Below are positions 16,901 through 17,057 of a DNA stretch of 17,057 nt, piece after piece. Under the pieces are notes generated by a model. The model saw nothing but the letters and a program-made list of their open reading frames with translations, made no database searches and was not told where the DNA came from. Origin of the DNA: an uncultured Candidatus Poseidoniales archaeon (GTDB lineage Archaea; Thermoplasmatota; Poseidoniia; Poseidoniales; CAYMED01). Made by a program: the position numbers and the translations under genes. The DNA is taken from the NCBI GenBank assembly GCA_964389655.1, contig CAYMED010000027.1:3452-20508 (forward strand), given 5' to 3'. The first letter of the stretch is position 1; each line of letters begins with the position of its first letter.

Positions 16901-17057
16901 TCTACAATCACCATTGGCGATCTTGTGCAGGCTGATGGTGCAAGGTTAGGCTTAAGCCGAGTAAAAATAGAGTATTTGGATCTTGGAAATCGATCCTTCA
17001 ACATCTCTACTGCAGGATATGGGGAAAATTGGCAGAATGCTACCATCTGGGCCGAGC
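14000..17057 (+). CDS. Large secreted/surface protein: seven RCC1-like repeats, Asp-rich TSP3-like Ca-binding repeats and an unassigned beta-rich domain; 3' end outside window (>1019 aa)
   Basis: Translated by hand; not in the ORF track. In-frame TAG at 13982; start is ATG 14000 or GTG 13991. Signal-like RSRLLAIVAALICTQAAFL. Seven HTC-x4-NGSVxCWG-x4-GxLGxG-type blades (about 14183-15250). DxDxDG/DxFPxxxxEWxD and Cys-containing DxCP...W...DxDGC units (about 15287-16545). The frame is open to the window end. Confidence 0.92.
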   Translation, partial: MLIPHEARSRLLAIVAALICTQAAFLNFVSNEPQKEMLGTDEIPQYTSGRASGSVDLHQEYIAAGWFHTCAINSSADLYCWGKNSNGQLGNGGTLNSATPVKVNLGVGRTALSVTAGWGHTCAIVDNRSVMCWGINGYGRLGNGDTVQQETPVYALLPRNASVVTIGDETTCALLDNGSVMCWGRGSLGTIGDGDLTDHTDGPTYALLPASRYAIHLSAGRQHTCAVLDNGSATCWGTGDKGRLGNGAEATTSSAVYVLLNQSQGNITELASAFEYTCGLRENGSVVCWGSASEGRLGTGASSGNSTIPVDVQLPPGREAIALSGGHAHTCGLLDNGSVVCWGWGGRGQIGDGSNSNALTPTFADLPIGRKATAIAAHAEGHTCVLLDNNSAMCGGEGADDRLGTAAGLSVNTPAWVNTTVPWAVNNATLDSDDDGYFNNEDEFPLNVSEWSDADADGFGDNTDNCPSFAQLNQNNTDGDGQGDACDPDDDNDTIADGVDQCPRGDINWPSEPDVPPITDYDGDGCKDATEDNDDDNDTVSDSLDACPRSPYNRTWTSSIMTDADGDGCSNDDDDDDDDNDNVTDLLDKFPLDASEWADNDNDSIGDNADPDDDNDNVTDLLDKFPFNASEWADNDNDSIGDNADPDDDNDNVTDLMDAFPFSASEWLDHDNDSIGDNADLDDDNDTRPDQTDLCPDGDTNWNSSLSEMDHDSDGCQDSSIEDDDDDNDSIPDINDDCQTGETGWVSNTSTDLDSDGCQDANEDTDDDNDGFGDAVDEFPANAGEWVDTDGDGIGNNSDPDDDNDAVPDVLDAFPDDPTEWVDEDGDGVGDNADAFPTDPSRWQDTDGWMNGGTLVLLLNESQIKDRDITFNVSQDKLYQVDIGNIDVHEPDGRGFIEFNYSNGTTFRFEFFLTTGNGVLALTQVTPMNGLTADDYAQKFIVEQFSGGSNFFFDENRLIIRTRDIGLSTITIGDLVQADGARLGLSRVKIEYLDLGNRSFNISTAGYGENWQNATIWAE
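15713..15730 (+). repeat. (GAT)6 trinucleotide run encoding poly-Asp
   Basis: AAT (GAT)6 GAC GAC, in frame, encoding N followed by D8. Confidence 0.85.
15734..16048 (+). repeat. Intragenic tandem repeat, 3 x 105 bp (35 aa)
   Basis: Units start GACAATGACAATGTAACTGAT at 15734, 15839 and 15944. Copies 1 and 2 differ at 4 of 105 nt; copy 3 is more diverged. Unit 1 encodes DNDNVTDLLDKFPLDASEWADNDNDSIGDNADPDD. Confidence 0.95.

Noticed and set aside
14091-17046. Short ORFs on both strands over the right end of the window
   Set aside because: Alternative-frame or antisense shadows of the single RCC1/TSP3 gene.
1-17057. tRNA, rRNA, inteins, IS elements or proviral genes
   Set aside because: All intergenic gaps are under 100 nt with no cloverleaf seen, the housekeeping proteins have normal lengths, and I found no transposase or integrase motifs.

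Overview
Gene-dense archaeal window. The gene set and protein styles suggest Thermoplasmatota, most likely Marine Group II/Poseidoniia, but this is an inference. There are eight real CDSs, and two very large ones are missing from the supplied ORF track because they run off the window edges. Minus strand: a >1573-aa membrane-anchored KP-43-like S8 subtilase (<1..4720) and an archaeal type II GAPDH. Plus strand: a GXGXG + degenerate glutamate-synthase-barrel fusion, pheT, a 722-aa Ig-stalk membrane protein, rnhB, gltX, and a >1019-aa RCC1-propeller/TSP3-like surface protein (14000..>17057) with a recent 105-bp tandem repeat. I found no RNA genes, CRISPR arrays or mobile elements. The most unusual items are the apparently cofactor-less GltB3-GltB2 fusion coupled to pheT, two membrane proteins sharing the same type of five-module stalk, sequon-remodelled TSP3 repeats, a GluRS lacking Zn-ligand cysteines, and an in-frame uORF/TGA/hairpin ahead of the protease. 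All assignments come from reading motifs by eye; no database searches were run.
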